The position numbers and the translations under genes are program-made. The notes beneath the pieces are model-generated. The model was not told the origin of the DNA, made no database searches, and was given only the letters and a program-made list of their open reading frames with translations. From assembly GCA_048884965.1 (NCBI GenBank), contig JBHLQH010000001.1, forward strand, positions 249,559-313,558: a stretch of DNA of 64,000 nt. The letters run 5' to 3'. Source of the stretch: Candidatus Thorarchaeota archaeon (GTDB lineage Archaea; Asgardarchaeota; Thorarchaeia; Thorarchaeales; Thorarchaeaceae). The first letter of the stretch is position 1; each line of letters begins with the position of its first letter. Shown piece after piece: positions 1 to 9,511 of this stretch.

Positions 1-1273
1 ATGAAGCTGCCACTGAAACGTTAGGATACTTATCTGGTATACCAAGAGCGAACTTGAATGATCGTTGAAACTTTGACAGATGTGTTGCGGCATCAAGAAA
101 CAATACTGTTTCCGGCTTCCCTTCAAACTCATCATCTGAGATTTCAATATTCTTGACCATCTCTTCTTGCTGCTTCTCGATGAAGTCCTGAATCAAGCTA
201 TCTGTAACTGGGGGTAATCCTACATCATGAGGCTCTTCAAAAGTTAAGGTGTTGTCATCGGTCTCTTCGACAGCCTCATCATCATGTTCGATTTCCTCGG
301 ATTTCTTTCTTCTCCTGTATTGAGGTGCAATGTAGCCAATATCAGCCACCAAGTGCTGTAAGACTAAGGGGAGGAATAAATCATATAGAGTACCCCGCGT
401 TTCAGTTATGAGAAGGATGGGTTTGAATTCATCCACCGCATCACTCAGTCCTGAGTCATACTCTGGATCTTCATCGAAGAACTTCATTAGGTTCTCTATC
501 GAATAACCATCAGTTACTCTTTCTTCCCATTCTCTATATACTTCTTTGACCTCTTGCTTTCTTCTATCCTTGACAAGACTGGCAAATTTTCCCAGATACT
601 TCACTCCTCGTGACACCGCTGTGGCTGGACTAATGAACACCGTCATTAGACCTACCGCCTCGCCTGCATACTCACTTGCTTCAGTATTCTTGATTTTTCC
701 AAGAACCTCTTCAGTTAGGGATGGAGGTCCCAGTTTCTCGACAAGAACTTCATGCATTCCTTCAAAATTCTCAAATGCTGCCTCTCCAGGTCCTATGTCC
801 TCTCCAACTGGTGATGCATCTGATAAGACCTCTGCAAATATATTTGGTCTACCTACCAGCCATGCTAAAGGTATCTTTAGTGGAGTGAAATCATGTAGGA
901 ATGTTCTCTCAGAATCCCTTGGTCCAAAATAGTACTTAACAGCATCAGGAAAAAGACCATTGAAGATATCCATGAACTGGTCAAATCCCTGTTTTGAGCT
1001 TAAGCCCATCTCAGCTCTCTCCAGTGCATCAGCCACAAAGACAAGAGCTGACTCTTTCTTCTTTGCATGTTTGGCCATAATCGCCATAACTTGTTTTGGA
1101 GATAGATACTGGAGATCGCTCTCTGCAAAGGGTGCATCATAGAATGAGAAGATACCTAATCGTTTCCAAGGGCGATTCGTCATCTTTGATTTTACCAGAT
1201 GTGAGAACCATTCGAAGCCTCGTTGGTATCTGGGAACGTTCTCTTCATCGGTATATTCATGGAATTCAGACAT
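1..1273 (-). CDS. Hypothetical protein, >424 aa, runs off the left edge; not in the ORF track
   Basis: Manual translation of the minus strand from ATG at 1273 (MSEFHEYTDEENVPRYQRGFEW...) is open to position 1; contains an acidic stretch (EEIEHDDEAVEETDD); no family recognised. Confidence 0.8.
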   Translation of the reverse strand, partial: MSEFHEYTDEENVPRYQRGFEWFSHLVKSKMTNRPWKRLGIFSFYDAPFAESDLQYLSPKQVMAIMAKHAKKKESALVFVADALERAEMGLSSKQGFDQFMDIFNGLFPDAVKYYFGPRDSERTFLHDFTPLKIPLAWLVGRPNIFAEVLSDASPVGEDIGPGEAAFENFEGMHEVLVEKLGPPSLTEEVLGKIKNTEASEYAGEAVGLMTVFISPATAVSRGVKYLGKFASLVKDRRKQEVKEVYREWEERVTDGYSIENLMKFFDEDPEYDSGLSDAVDEFKPILLITETRGTLYDLFLPLVLQHLVADIGYIAPQYRRRKKSEEIEHDDEAVEETDDNTLTFEEPHDVGLPPVTDSLIQDFIEKQQEEMVKNIEISDDEFEGKPETVLFLDAATHLSKFQRSFKFALGIPDKYPNVSVAAS

Positions 1274-1312
1274 ACTTAAACACCCTATGACCGGAAGGGG
1301 ACCGGATGAGGC

Positions 1313-1334
1313 TATCTCGCGGTCAAGCGAGATA
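1313..1334. terminator. Intergenic hairpin
   Basis: tatctcgc-ggtcaa-gcgagata, perfect 8-bp stem just after the stop of the 1351..2571 gene. Confidence 0.4.
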
Positions 1335-1350
1335 AACCTATTCATCCATT

Positions 1351-2571
1351 TCAGTCCATTCTGAGTGCAACAACCGCTACTGCCATCGCTGCAATGATTA
1401 ACACTGCGATGAATAGGATTCTCCAATCGATCAATGGAGGAGCTGGATTGTTAGGATCTGCCTCGTACATCAGATTTCGGTATGAATGATTGATTGGATC
1501 AAGGAGGTTCAGTGATTTCAATGCAAGTCCTGCATAGAATAAACTTCCTTCCTCAATACCTGGTGTATTGCCCCAAGCACCATCGTGTGCTTGACAATCC
1601 ACTATGAAGCGCGAAGCGAGATCGGCGTCAATTGAATCAATGCCACCAATCAAACTAAGTATTTCGAGAGCATGGAATGTTGATTCTAAGTTTGTATCAT
1701 TCGTCAATATAGATTCAGTGAACCCACCGATGTCAAGTTGATCGCCACTTGTAGTTACTTGTTTTTCGACAATCCAATTTCTCATCGCTTGCTGTTCAGT
1801 TGGGGAAAGAACATTTAGTTGGTTTAGCTCATTCAGTGCCAGAAGCCCTGCTGCTGTTGCTGACAAGCTTGGAATATGCGACTCAGGAGTAAGCTTGAAT
1901 GCATCTCCATCTGTACAATTGAGAATATATTGCATGGTAGCTGTTGAGTTCCACAACCAATCATTAATGGAACCTTCAGTCATGTCCAGCATGGCATTCA
2001 TTATATAGAGCGCATAGAAAGTTGAGATGAGATTCGCTGGAGCTCCATCGGCTGACCCGAATCCTCCGCTAGTTGTCTGTGTTTTGTTAACGTAGACTAG
2101 AGCTGCGGTGGCATTAATAGCCTCAACATCAGCCATGTCTGGAATATCACTCTGCTCCTCCATCAGCTGCCACATTTTGATTGCCCAGTATGAGTTCTCA
2201 ATACTAACTGGTCCTGCAATGTATAACGAGAAGCCGCCCCATCTTTCATAATCCTCTCCACCACTCTTCCACTGGAGTTTCCTGGTGAAGTTCTTGATTT
2301 TCACAAGATCCGTGACCGGAGGACGGAAACTAAGCATGTCCATCTCTTCGTACACCATCATGGCTCCAACAGTGGGATACAATCTTGATGTTTCAGTGTC
2401 AGGGAAGGAATACCCACCCTCACCATTATCTATCGGATCATCGTAGTTCTCTTTCATGTAATTCTCTACAGACTGCCATCGAGTAGTCTCTGCTGAAATT
2501 GGCACTATCATAAATGACATTGCAACTAGTGTAAGTACGATTGCTATACTCGCAACTTGGACCTTATTCAT
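1351..2571 (-). CDS. Prenyltransferase/squalene-oxidase-repeat (alpha-alpha toroid) protein, exported and membrane-anchored
   Basis: Repeated Q-x3-GG[FW]-type and ST[FY]xAL units (QTTSGGFG, CQAHDGAWG, ISTFYAL, ESTFHAL); N-terminal signal peptide and C-terminal TM helix. Confidence 0.75.
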   Translation of the reverse strand: MNKVQVASIAIVLTLVAMSFMIVPISAETTRWQSVENYMKENYDDPIDNGEGGYSFPDTETSRLYPTVGAMMVYEEMDMLSFRPPVTDLVKIKNFTRKLQWKSGGEDYERWGGFSLYIAGPVSIENSYWAIKMWQLMEEQSDIPDMADVEAINATAALVYVNKTQTTSGGFGSADGAPANLISTFYALYIMNAMLDMTEGSINDWLWNSTATMQYILNCTDGDAFKLTPESHIPSLSATAAGLLALNELNQLNVLSPTEQQAMRNWIVEKQVTTSGDQLDIGGFTESILTNDTNLESTFHALEILSLIGGIDSIDADLASRFIVDCQAHDGAWGNTPGIEEGSLFYAGLALKSLNLLDPINHSYRNLMYEADPNNPAPPLIDWRILFIAVLIIAAMAVAVVALRMD

Positions 2572-2775
2572 TTAATCATCCCGGTCAAATGTGATGTCGC
2601 CTAAAGCTATCGCTCAGCGCGAGAGCCCACCATTGCGGCTGTGTTATTAACGTTTCCCCAAGGAGGAGGATTGTACTGCTGAAAAATCCAATTCCCTAGA
2701 ATATTGAATTTTGAATGAGATGGGGATATTTGAATGTATATCCAATCTCCCCTTAAATTAAACCAAAACACTCCT

Positions 2776-3393
2776 TCAGGATTTTCGTCTTTTTGGAAAG
2801 TACATGCCTACTTGCCTGCGATACTCGATATAGGACTCACCATATCGTAGGATTAAATCCCTCTCCTCAACAATGGACATGTAAAAGAATATCGGGATCC
2901 ATAAGAATGAGAACAGGAATAGAAATGTGCTATTCAGAACCAGAGCTATGATATGACCAGTCCACACCTCTCCTAGGGATTGGGGGTGTCGAATCCAATT
3001 GTAGATGCCACCGTACATCTCATGCTCTTTCTTTGGACGCAAGGTTTCTTCGCCAGCATCTCGCACTCCTAATCCCATGAGTAGGAATGAAGGTATTGCA
3101 ATCAATACTGCTAGAATTAGAGAAACACTATACTCCCAAGGTAGGTTGATAGGTATTGGGAGGGGAAGTGGGAAGAAGTAATAGAGCAGATATGCCAGAA
3201 AGAAGAGGAAGAACGTTATCGAAGCATACTCTCGATATCTTTCACATTTCTCATATGCTATCTGCCCAATTTCTTTCTCAAGCCTTGCAGGCTGAACACT
3301 CTTGATGTAGAGGTATAGGGATGCCAATGTGCTTCCGATGAGAAAAATCAGGTTTAGCCATTCAATCATGATGTTCACTATTTCATAAAACAC
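2776..3393 (-). CDS. ICMT/PEMT-family membrane methyltransferase
   Basis: GIYNWIRHPQ and EERDL..RYGESYIEYRRQV..YFP motifs; multiple TM helices. Confidence 0.8.
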   Translation of the reverse strand: MFYEIVNIMIEWLNLIFLIGSTLASLYLYIKSVQPARLEKEIGQIAYEKCERYREYASITFFLFFLAYLLYYFFPLPLPIPINLPWEYSVSLILAVLIAIPSFLLMGLGVRDAGEETLRPKKEHEMYGGIYNWIRHPQSLGEVWTGHIIALVLNSTFLFLFSFLWIPIFFYMSIVEERDLILRYGESYIEYRRQVGMYFPKRRKS

Positions 3394-3461
3394 ACTGATG
3401 TAATATAAGCAAGCGCGAGAAAATCGACGTATTATACGGTATTCACCGTATGCGTCCCTGA

Positions 3462-4463
3462 CTATCCACCATATCCTCTTGGATCAGTTCTCTGCAATTC
3501 TCGTATATAGATATAGGCTGAATCTGCGGCAATTGCTCCTTGACCAACTGCGACCGCGATTTGTTTCATAGACTCAACAACATCTCCTGCTGCGAAGAAT
3601 CCTGGGATGTTGGTGGTCTGATTGGCCTGCACAAGGATTTCTCCATTCCTGTTCGTTTCTACTCCTAGATCAATTGCCAACTGACTATTCGGTGAAGAAC
3701 CCAGCGCAACAAACGCTCCATCAACTTCTACGATTCTTTCTTCACCAGTCTTTAGGTCCTCAAGAACTACTTCACGAAGTAAGTCATCTCCTCTGAATTC
3801 CTTCACAACATGACTCCATTTGATCTCTACCTTTGCATCGAACACCATGTCCTGCATAGCTTTCTCAGCACGTAATTCATCCCGTCGATGAACAAGGATA
3901 GTATTCTCTGTTAGTTCAGAGAGATAGACCGATTCAACAGCTGCAGTATTTCCCCCTCCAATAACTAGAACTCGTTTGTTTCTAAAGAGAGGTCCATCAC
4001 AGGTCGCACAGAAGGAAACTCCTCGTCCAGTGAACTCAGCCTCGCCAGGGACGTCTAGGTGTCTATGACCTCCACCAGTCGCGAAGATAATTGCTCTTGA
4101 TCGGTAATTGCCTCTTCGCGTTTCAAGAATGAAATCTCCCTTTTCACCTTCTTCGCGAGAGATTTTCTTCACTTCAGTAATCTCTCTGATCTTGGCTCCG
4201 GTTGCTTTTACCTGCTCTTTCATCTTAGATGCCAAATCGATTCCAGTTATGTAGGTAAATCCCGGATAGTTCTCGATTCCAGGACTAGTAGCTTGAGCAC
4301 CTCCTAGGACTGCTGACTCTAGAAGCAAGGTCTTCAAGCCATAACGTGCCGCATAGATTGCAGCCGTCATCCCTGCTGGACCTCCTCCAATGATGATGAC
4401 TTCCCATTCAAGGTCCTCGTCTGTTGGTGTCTTGGACGTTCCTGTGATTTTCATATGCAACAA
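3462..4463 (-). CDS. trxB: Thioredoxin reductase
   Basis: GGGPAG FAD motif, CATCDG redox motif, GGGNTA NAD(P)H motif, AAGD. Confidence 0.92.
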   Translation of the reverse strand: MLHMKITGTSKTPTDEDLEWEVIIIGGGPAGMTAAIYAARYGLKTLLLESAVLGGAQATSPGIENYPGFTYITGIDLASKMKEQVKATGAKIREITEVKKISREEGEKGDFILETRRGNYRSRAIIFATGGGHRHLDVPGEAEFTGRGVSFCATCDGPLFRNKRVLVIGGGNTAAVESVYLSELTENTILVHRRDELRAEKAMQDMVFDAKVEIKWSHVVKEFRGDDLLREVVLEDLKTGEERIVEVDGAFVALGSSPNSQLAIDLGVETNRNGEILVQANQTTNIPGFFAAGDVVESMKQIAVAVGQGAIAADSAYIYIRELQRTDPRGYGG

Positions 4464-4497
4464 CTCACATTCATCGTAAGGTCTTAATCATTCTTTC

Positions 4498-5349
4498 TCA
4501 TACAATGCCCATTTTCTCAAGTTGCCATTCATCTATATCTTCGCCTGCAGAGATAAGAATTCTCTCAATAGGCTTGATTATTTCTGCGACTCTTGAGAAT
4601 GGTACTTCTCGAATTGCCTGGCTTTTGAATTTCTTCAATATAGTAGCTTTCCTAAACCGTTCTGCATCATATACAAATATATGGCCTGGACCGGTCACGA
4701 GTACTGTATCTACATCATCGAGTCCTTCCCACGGCCATGCTGTATTGTTGAAGCTTTCAATAATGGTAATCTCAGCTGATCTTTCTATGTACTCTAAGTT
4801 TGAATCAAGCACTCCTTCCAGAACCTGTTCTGTATATGCTAGAACCTCTTCTAACGAATTAAAGGGTATAATCTCATTTTCATGAGTAAGAGTGTTTGCG
4901 TATTCAGGCGTCAGCATGAGACGCCCAGATACAATGAGATTCTTCGCCACTAGTGCAACAGATTTGATTCCATCAGTATCCGGCTTTGAGAATCTTCTCA
5001 AGGCAAAGATTGAATCCCACCCATTCATGGCGAGGGAGTGAGAAATAATCTCGTCAGGTCGCTCCAGAATCGCTGGCACAAACAAGGTGTGAATGGGGTT
5101 AATGATCTCTATTGGGAGAGTTGAGTCCAAAGCCATTCTTGCTCTGTGTGCATCCAAGGAATAGATCTTCTTGTCTTTGAAGCAAGTCTGGATATGGTCG
5201 TACCTGTACCAATAGTTGCTTCCACTCATGGGTTTGAAGTACTCCACCAATTTTCCATTTGCTTTGAGGGACTTTGCCACCTTCAAGGACAGATTTGTCT
5301 TTCCTGAATCAAATGGATTCGCTCCGATAATCAATATCCTCTTGGACAT
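4498..5349 (-). CDS. Uncharacterised archaeal P-loop ATPase/GTPase (dethiobiotin-synthase-like N-terminus)
   Basis: DSGKT Walker A, FKPMSGSNYW, INPIH, IIESFNN. Confidence 0.65.
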   Translation of the reverse strand: MSKRILIIGANPFDSGKTNLSLKVAKSLKANGKLVEYFKPMSGSNYWYRYDHIQTCFKDKKIYSLDAHRARMALDSTLPIEIINPIHTLFVPAILERPDEIISHSLAMNGWDSIFALRRFSKPDTDGIKSVALVAKNLIVSGRLMLTPEYANTLTHENEIIPFNSLEEVLAYTEQVLEGVLDSNLEYIERSAEITIIESFNNTAWPWEGLDDVDTVLVTGPGHIFVYDAERFRKATILKKFKSQAIREVPFSRVAEIIKPIERILISAGEDIDEWQLEKMGIV

Positions 5350-5362
5350 TCGAGTACACCTG

Positions 5363-5396
5363 AAAAAAGGAAAAGTAAGGAGCCCAATAGGCTCCT
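5363..5396 (-). terminator. Thermosome terminator (hairpin plus T-tract)
   Basis: aggagcc-caata-ggctcct stem followed on the minus strand by a T-rich run. Confidence 0.6.
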
Positions 5397-5412
5397 CGTA
5401 TTGTGTCTGATA

Positions 5413-7071
5413 TTACATCATTCCGGGCATGCCGCCCATGCCGCCCATGCCACCCATACCAGCGCCACCCATATCAGGTGCTGCGCTAGCTTTGGCAGCG
5501 ATTACGTCATCAATCCTAAGGATCATCTGAGCAGCTTCTGCAGCTGAACGAACTGCTTGATGCTTGACACGTACTGGCTCAATGACTCCTTCTTTCATCA
5601 TATCAACAGTTTTACCCTTGATCACGTCAACGCCTATCCATAAGCCAGTTGCTTCAGCGTGCTCCTTGTTCAAGTCTGTGATGATGTCAATAGGATCATG
5701 TCCGCCATTCTCAGTAAGAGTTTTGGGAATGATTCTTAATGCCTCTGCAAATGCTTCTATTGCTAGTTGCTCTCTGCCTTTGACCTTACCCGCGTATATC
5801 TCAAGTCTCTTGGCGAGTTCAGCTTCAGTTGAACCTCCACCTGCAACATATATGCCATCTTCTACGACGTTTCTGACGACGCAAAGAGCATCATGTAGGG
5901 CTCTGTCAGCTTCATCAACAACATGCTCAGTACCACCACGGATCACAATTGACACTGCTTTCGGGTCCTTGCAATCCCTAACGTAAACAAGCTTGTCATC
6001 ACCGATTTTTGCCTCTTCGACAATTCCGGCATATCCAATTTGATCGGCTGCAAGTTCATCAAGACTTGATGCTACCTGAGCACCTGTGGCCTTTGCGAGC
6101 TTATCAAGGGTACTTTTCTTTGCTCTGCGAATTGCCATGATTCCAGCTTTTGCTAGAAAATGCTGTGCTACATCATCAATTCCCTTCTGGCAAACAAGAA
6201 CATTTGCTCCAGAATTGATGACCTTGTTAACCATGTTTACAAGCATCTGTTCCTCTTGGTCTAGGAATGCCTTAATTTGGTCGGGGCTGTCAATCTTGAT
6301 CTCTGCATCAAACTCAGTCTTTTCGATTTCGATTGCAGCATTTACTAGAGCAATTTTGGCTCCCTCGATCTTTCTTGGCATTGAAGCATGAACGATCTCC
6401 TTGTCAATGACCATACCGTTGATTAGTTCGGTTTCTTCTAGGCTCTTGCCTTGCTTCTTGATGATCTCGATCATGTCGATGTCGGCCTTGGTCTTACCAT
6501 TGACTTCCTCCCTTACTTGGAGGACTGCATCGACTGCAATCTTTGCAAAGTGGTCTTTTGAGCCCATGACAGACTTGCTGTTCATCGAGGTCTGTGCGAT
6601 CTTAAGGAGCACTTTCTTGTCCATTCCATCCATTGACACACCAATGTCATCAAGAATCCTGGTCGCCTCTTCAGCTGCTTTCTGATAGCCGCTGACAATT
6701 ATTGTCGGATGAATCTTCTTCTCAAGAAGGTCCTGAGCTCTCTTGAGGAGTTCACCTGCGATAACAACGGAAGTTGTGGTACCATCACCTGTTTCTTGAT
6801 CTTGGCTCTTGGCTACCTCAACAAGCATCTTGGCTGCTGGGTGCTGTACGTCAATCTCCTTTAGGATGCTAGCGCCATCGTTTGTGATGGTGACGTCACC
6901 TAGGCTGTCAACGAGCATCTTGTCCATGCCACGAGGTCCTAGGGTTGATTTTACTGCGTCCGAGATGACAATACCTGCCATGATGTTATTCGCTTGTGCG
7001 GATCTACCGCGATTTCTACTTGTCCCTTCCTTAAGGATAAGGACGGGTGTTCCAGACAATTGTCCTGACAT
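5413..7071 (-). CDS. ths: Thermosome (group II chaperonin) subunit
   Basis: TLGPRGMDKML, TNDGASIL, GDGTTT, ILRIDDVI and a GGM-repeat tail. Confidence 0.97.
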   Translation of the reverse strand: MSGQLSGTPVLILKEGTSRNRGRSAQANNIMAGIVISDAVKSTLGPRGMDKMLVDSLGDVTITNDGASILKEIDVQHPAAKMLVEVAKSQDQETGDGTTTSVVIAGELLKRAQDLLEKKIHPTIIVSGYQKAAEEATRILDDIGVSMDGMDKKVLLKIAQTSMNSKSVMGSKDHFAKIAVDAVLQVREEVNGKTKADIDMIEIIKKQGKSLEETELINGMVIDKEIVHASMPRKIEGAKIALVNAAIEIEKTEFDAEIKIDSPDQIKAFLDQEEQMLVNMVNKVINSGANVLVCQKGIDDVAQHFLAKAGIMAIRRAKKSTLDKLAKATGAQVASSLDELAADQIGYAGIVEEAKIGDDKLVYVRDCKDPKAVSIVIRGGTEHVVDEADRALHDALCVVRNVVEDGIYVAGGGSTEAELAKRLEIYAGKVKGREQLAIEAFAEALRIIPKTLTENGGHDPIDIITDLNKEHAEATGLWIGVDVIKGKTVDMMKEGVIEPVRVKHQAVRSAAEAAQMILRIDDVIAAKASAAPDMGGAGMGGMGGMGGMPGMM

Positions 7072-7140
7072 TTCTCTTTCCCCATTTATTTTATTGAGTC
7101 TGCCACCTTTCTACGATGGACTGACTTTCCGGTTTTTGTC

Positions 7141-7205
7141 AAAACTGTACATGTACTTCGACATGTAGTTCTAAGAAAACTGTGCATGGACTTCGTATAA
7201 AAAGC
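7141..7205 (-). promoter_or_regulatory. Thermosome promoter: TATA box with an adjacent 20-bp direct repeat (candidate operator)
   Basis: Minus-strand TTTTTATA at ~7196-7203; aaaactgtacatgtacttcg (7141-7160) versus aaaactgtgcatggacttcg (7176-7195), 18/20 identical. Confidence 0.55.
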
Positions 7206-7377
7206 TTGTCTTACAACGCACTACCTGAAAGTATTCATCCATATCCTTCCCGGATATGGAATATCTATTACAGAAATCCCTCCATTGAAACCTCTCCAAT
7301 ATCCCAGTCAATTGTTGAGGAAAGCGATAAAGCACTAAATCTATCTGTATTTTTTCAATGGAATGAAATGACATAGC

Positions 7378-7860
7378 ATGAATGCAATGAGCAGTCCAAT
7401 TCCCTCAGCTCCCTCGCTGATGGGAAAACTGAAACCTGAGCAGGTAGCATATTTGCTTATCATATGCACTTTCTTCCTACCTTTCCTGATCGGTTTTGGC
7501 TATGGCAAGGTGTTTTTCATATTTCCATTATTTGAGTTGTCTGGATTTAGCGTAACCGAGTTCCCCCTCGAATTTGCTTTTGTCACTCCAGTTTCAATCT
7601 TTGTATGGATGCCTAATCTCTTCTTCAGCTATTCTGTCTACATATATTATAGAAGTGAATTCAGCAGAAATATTCTGTTCGTCGTGCTAGTCTTGAGTCT
7701 TTTGTATCTATTTTTTCTAGCCTTCCTTTTTGGATTGGGAGTTGTTGATTTCTATCCATTACCACTTCTACAGATGATAGGAATTCTATTCTATATAAAT
7801 CCGCAAAAGCATCCCACTTTTGATATCTGGGGAAATCAAGAGGAAGAGAATAGATGGTAG
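7378..7860 (+). CDS. Small multi-TM membrane protein, paralog 1 of 3
   Basis: Hydrophobic; shares F[LV]P[FY], PN.[LF]F.Y and P[LV]PLL[QH] motifs with the 8572 and 9014 ORFs. Confidence 0.75.
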   Translation: MNAMSSPIPSAPSLMGKLKPEQVAYLLIICTFFLPFLIGFGYGKVFFIFPLFELSGFSVTEFPLEFAFVTPVSIFVWMPNLFFSYSVYIYYRSEFSRNILFVVLVLSLLYLFFLAFLFGLGVVDFYPLPLLQMIGILFYINPQKHPTFDIWGNQEEENRW

Positions 7861-7911
7861 ACTCCTTATTGATTCATCCCTACTAAAGAAGAGGAGGCTT
7901 ATTCACAAAGA

Positions 7912-8400
7912 CTACTTTCTGAAGTAAATACGTTTCTTACAAGCAAGAGGCCCGGCATGAAGGATCTCAATACCCACCTTCTCGCCCATCAACACCTCTA
8001 GCATACCAGCAAGATAACCATTGGTCAAGTAGCAAATAGGTCCACACTGGTGCATACCGTTGTTGGTAACTGCAGTACGAACAGGACAGTCACGAACCAT
8101 GATATTGACTGAAGGTTGATTCAAGTCGTCCTCGTAGAAGTAGGATTGATCATCACCATTCTTTCGTAATTCAATACTCCAGACACCTTCGTAAGCTTCG
8201 TTGACGAGGTCGATTGCTGGAAGGAGTGCGTTGGTCTTATTCATGTCTTGAGCTAATCGTCTTCCTTCTTCTACTCCTGTATTGAAGATCAAACCTTTTG
8301 ATGCTGGTCCGAGAAGATCCTCTATGCCAACATTCAATGCAGTCAATAAGGATCGATACGTGTCAACACGTTTCAACTCCTTGTCACTTAGGTGTTCCAT
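7912..8400 (-). CDS. V4R-like domain protein, copy 1
   Basis: GVEEG, DCPVR, GPICYLTNGYLAGML, HAGPLAC; clear paralog of 12052..12543. Confidence 0.8.
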   Translation of the reverse strand: MEHLSDKELKRVDTYRSLLTALNVGIEDLLGPASKGLIFNTGVEEGRRLAQDMNKTNALLPAIDLVNEAYEGVWSIELRKNGDDQSYFYEDDLNQPSVNIMVRDCPVRTAVTNNGMHQCGPICYLTNGYLAGMLEVLMGEKVGIEILHAGPLACKKRIYFRK

Positions 8401-8571
8401 TGTATTTCGTAACCATAATCGTAGGATTATAACACAATCGGAAATATAACCAATCTTCTAATCAAAGCATATGAACAGTTATTTGTTGATATCTCTGTCA
8501 ATGTGTTTCCTTTAGTTCAATCAATATTCTCAGAAGAAAAGACATTTCTTATTGTTCTTCTACGGATTTGA

Positions 8572-9036
8572 TTGGTAGGACTGATGGTCAGTGGAATTTG
8601 GAATATCGGCATTGTAATGACATTATCATTCGTGTTTCTACCTTTTATGATATTGACACCTTGGGCGAATGTAGAGGATATCGCAATATTGGGTCATCCC
8701 CATGTAGTATTCATCTTCTGGTCGATTGGGTCCTTTGGTCCTGAAAGTATCCTGATGATCGAGCTCTTTGCGTATTATGAGGTACTCGCTTATCTTGTTC
8801 TGAACCTGCCAAACATCTTGTTCGTCTACAAGCTTATACAGTATACGGAGCAAGTTGCTTCAAAGAAGGAAGTATTGATAGCAGCATTGATAGGTCCAAT
8901 CGCTTTTCTAATGGTTGGATTTCCCTCAACGATCTTCTACTATCTATCTGGTTATCTTGTTCTGAATTTGCCTTTACCATTACTACAGATAGTTGGATTA
9001 TCCTATCTAAGATATGGAGTTGAGGGATCTGAATGA
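8572..9036 (+). CDS. Small multi-TM membrane protein, paralog 2 (start uncertain)
   Basis: FLPFM, LPNILFVY, LPLPLLQIVG. Confidence 0.7.
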   Translation: MVGLMVSGIWNIGIVMTLSFVFLPFMILTPWANVEDIAILGHPHVVFIFWSIGSFGPESILMIELFAYYEVLAYLVLNLPNILFVYKLIQYTEQVASKKEVLIAALIGPIAFLMVGFPSTIFYYLSGYLVLNLPLPLLQIVGLSYLRYGVEGSE

Positions 9037-9481
9037 AGTACCGATGAAAGATGTGCTTGACCATTATCAAGAGAAAAGATCAGAGAGAGTTATTTCTGTT
9101 CTAGTATTCCTTACTCTATTTGTTCCATATCTGATAGCCATTGATACGGGTCTCATCGGACTGATATCCGTCGTGTATGGAATTTCATTTACTGCTCAGC
9201 AGGGTTTCATTTTCACAATTCCGTTGTTATACCCTGTTAGTATAATACTATGGGCTCCCAACGCACTTTTCAGCTATATCGCGTACAAGAGTTATTTGGG
9301 GGAATCAAGTGATGGATACTTCATAGCCGCATTAGCGTTCAGCCTATGGTATGTCAATCTCTGGGGAGGTTTGTTCGGTCTCATATCAATTGATTTCCAC
9401 TTTCCAGTACCACTTCTTCATATAGCTGGTATCTATTACTATCTTGAAGGACGTGATAGAGGTGTCAAACATGTATGGTGA
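9014..9481 (+). CDS. Small multi-TM membrane protein, paralog 3 (start uncertain)
   Basis: FVPY, APNALFSY, FPVPLLHIAG. Confidence 0.7.
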   Translation: MELRDLNEVPMKDVLDHYQEKRSERVISVLVFLTLFVPYLIAIDTGLIGLISVVYGISFTAQQGFIFTIPLLYPVSIILWAPNALFSYIAYKSYLGESSDGYFIAALAFSLWYVNLWGGLFGLISIDFHFPVPLLHIAGIYYYLEGRDRGVKHVW

Positions 9482-9511
9482 TATGGTATGCGTCCTCTTC
9501 TCGGTTTGACC

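Noticed and set aside
546-1290. Plus-strand ORFs 546..932, 960..1142 and 1096..1290
   Set aside because: They are antisense shadows of the long minus-strand gene 1..1273.
5416-5472. GGM tandem repeat at the chaperonin C-terminus
   Set aside because: This is a normal chaperonin tail.
5564-7168. Several plus-strand ORFs opposite the thermosome, and similar short ORFs nested in other long genes throughout the window
   Set aside because: They are antisense or alternative-frame shadows with no motifs.
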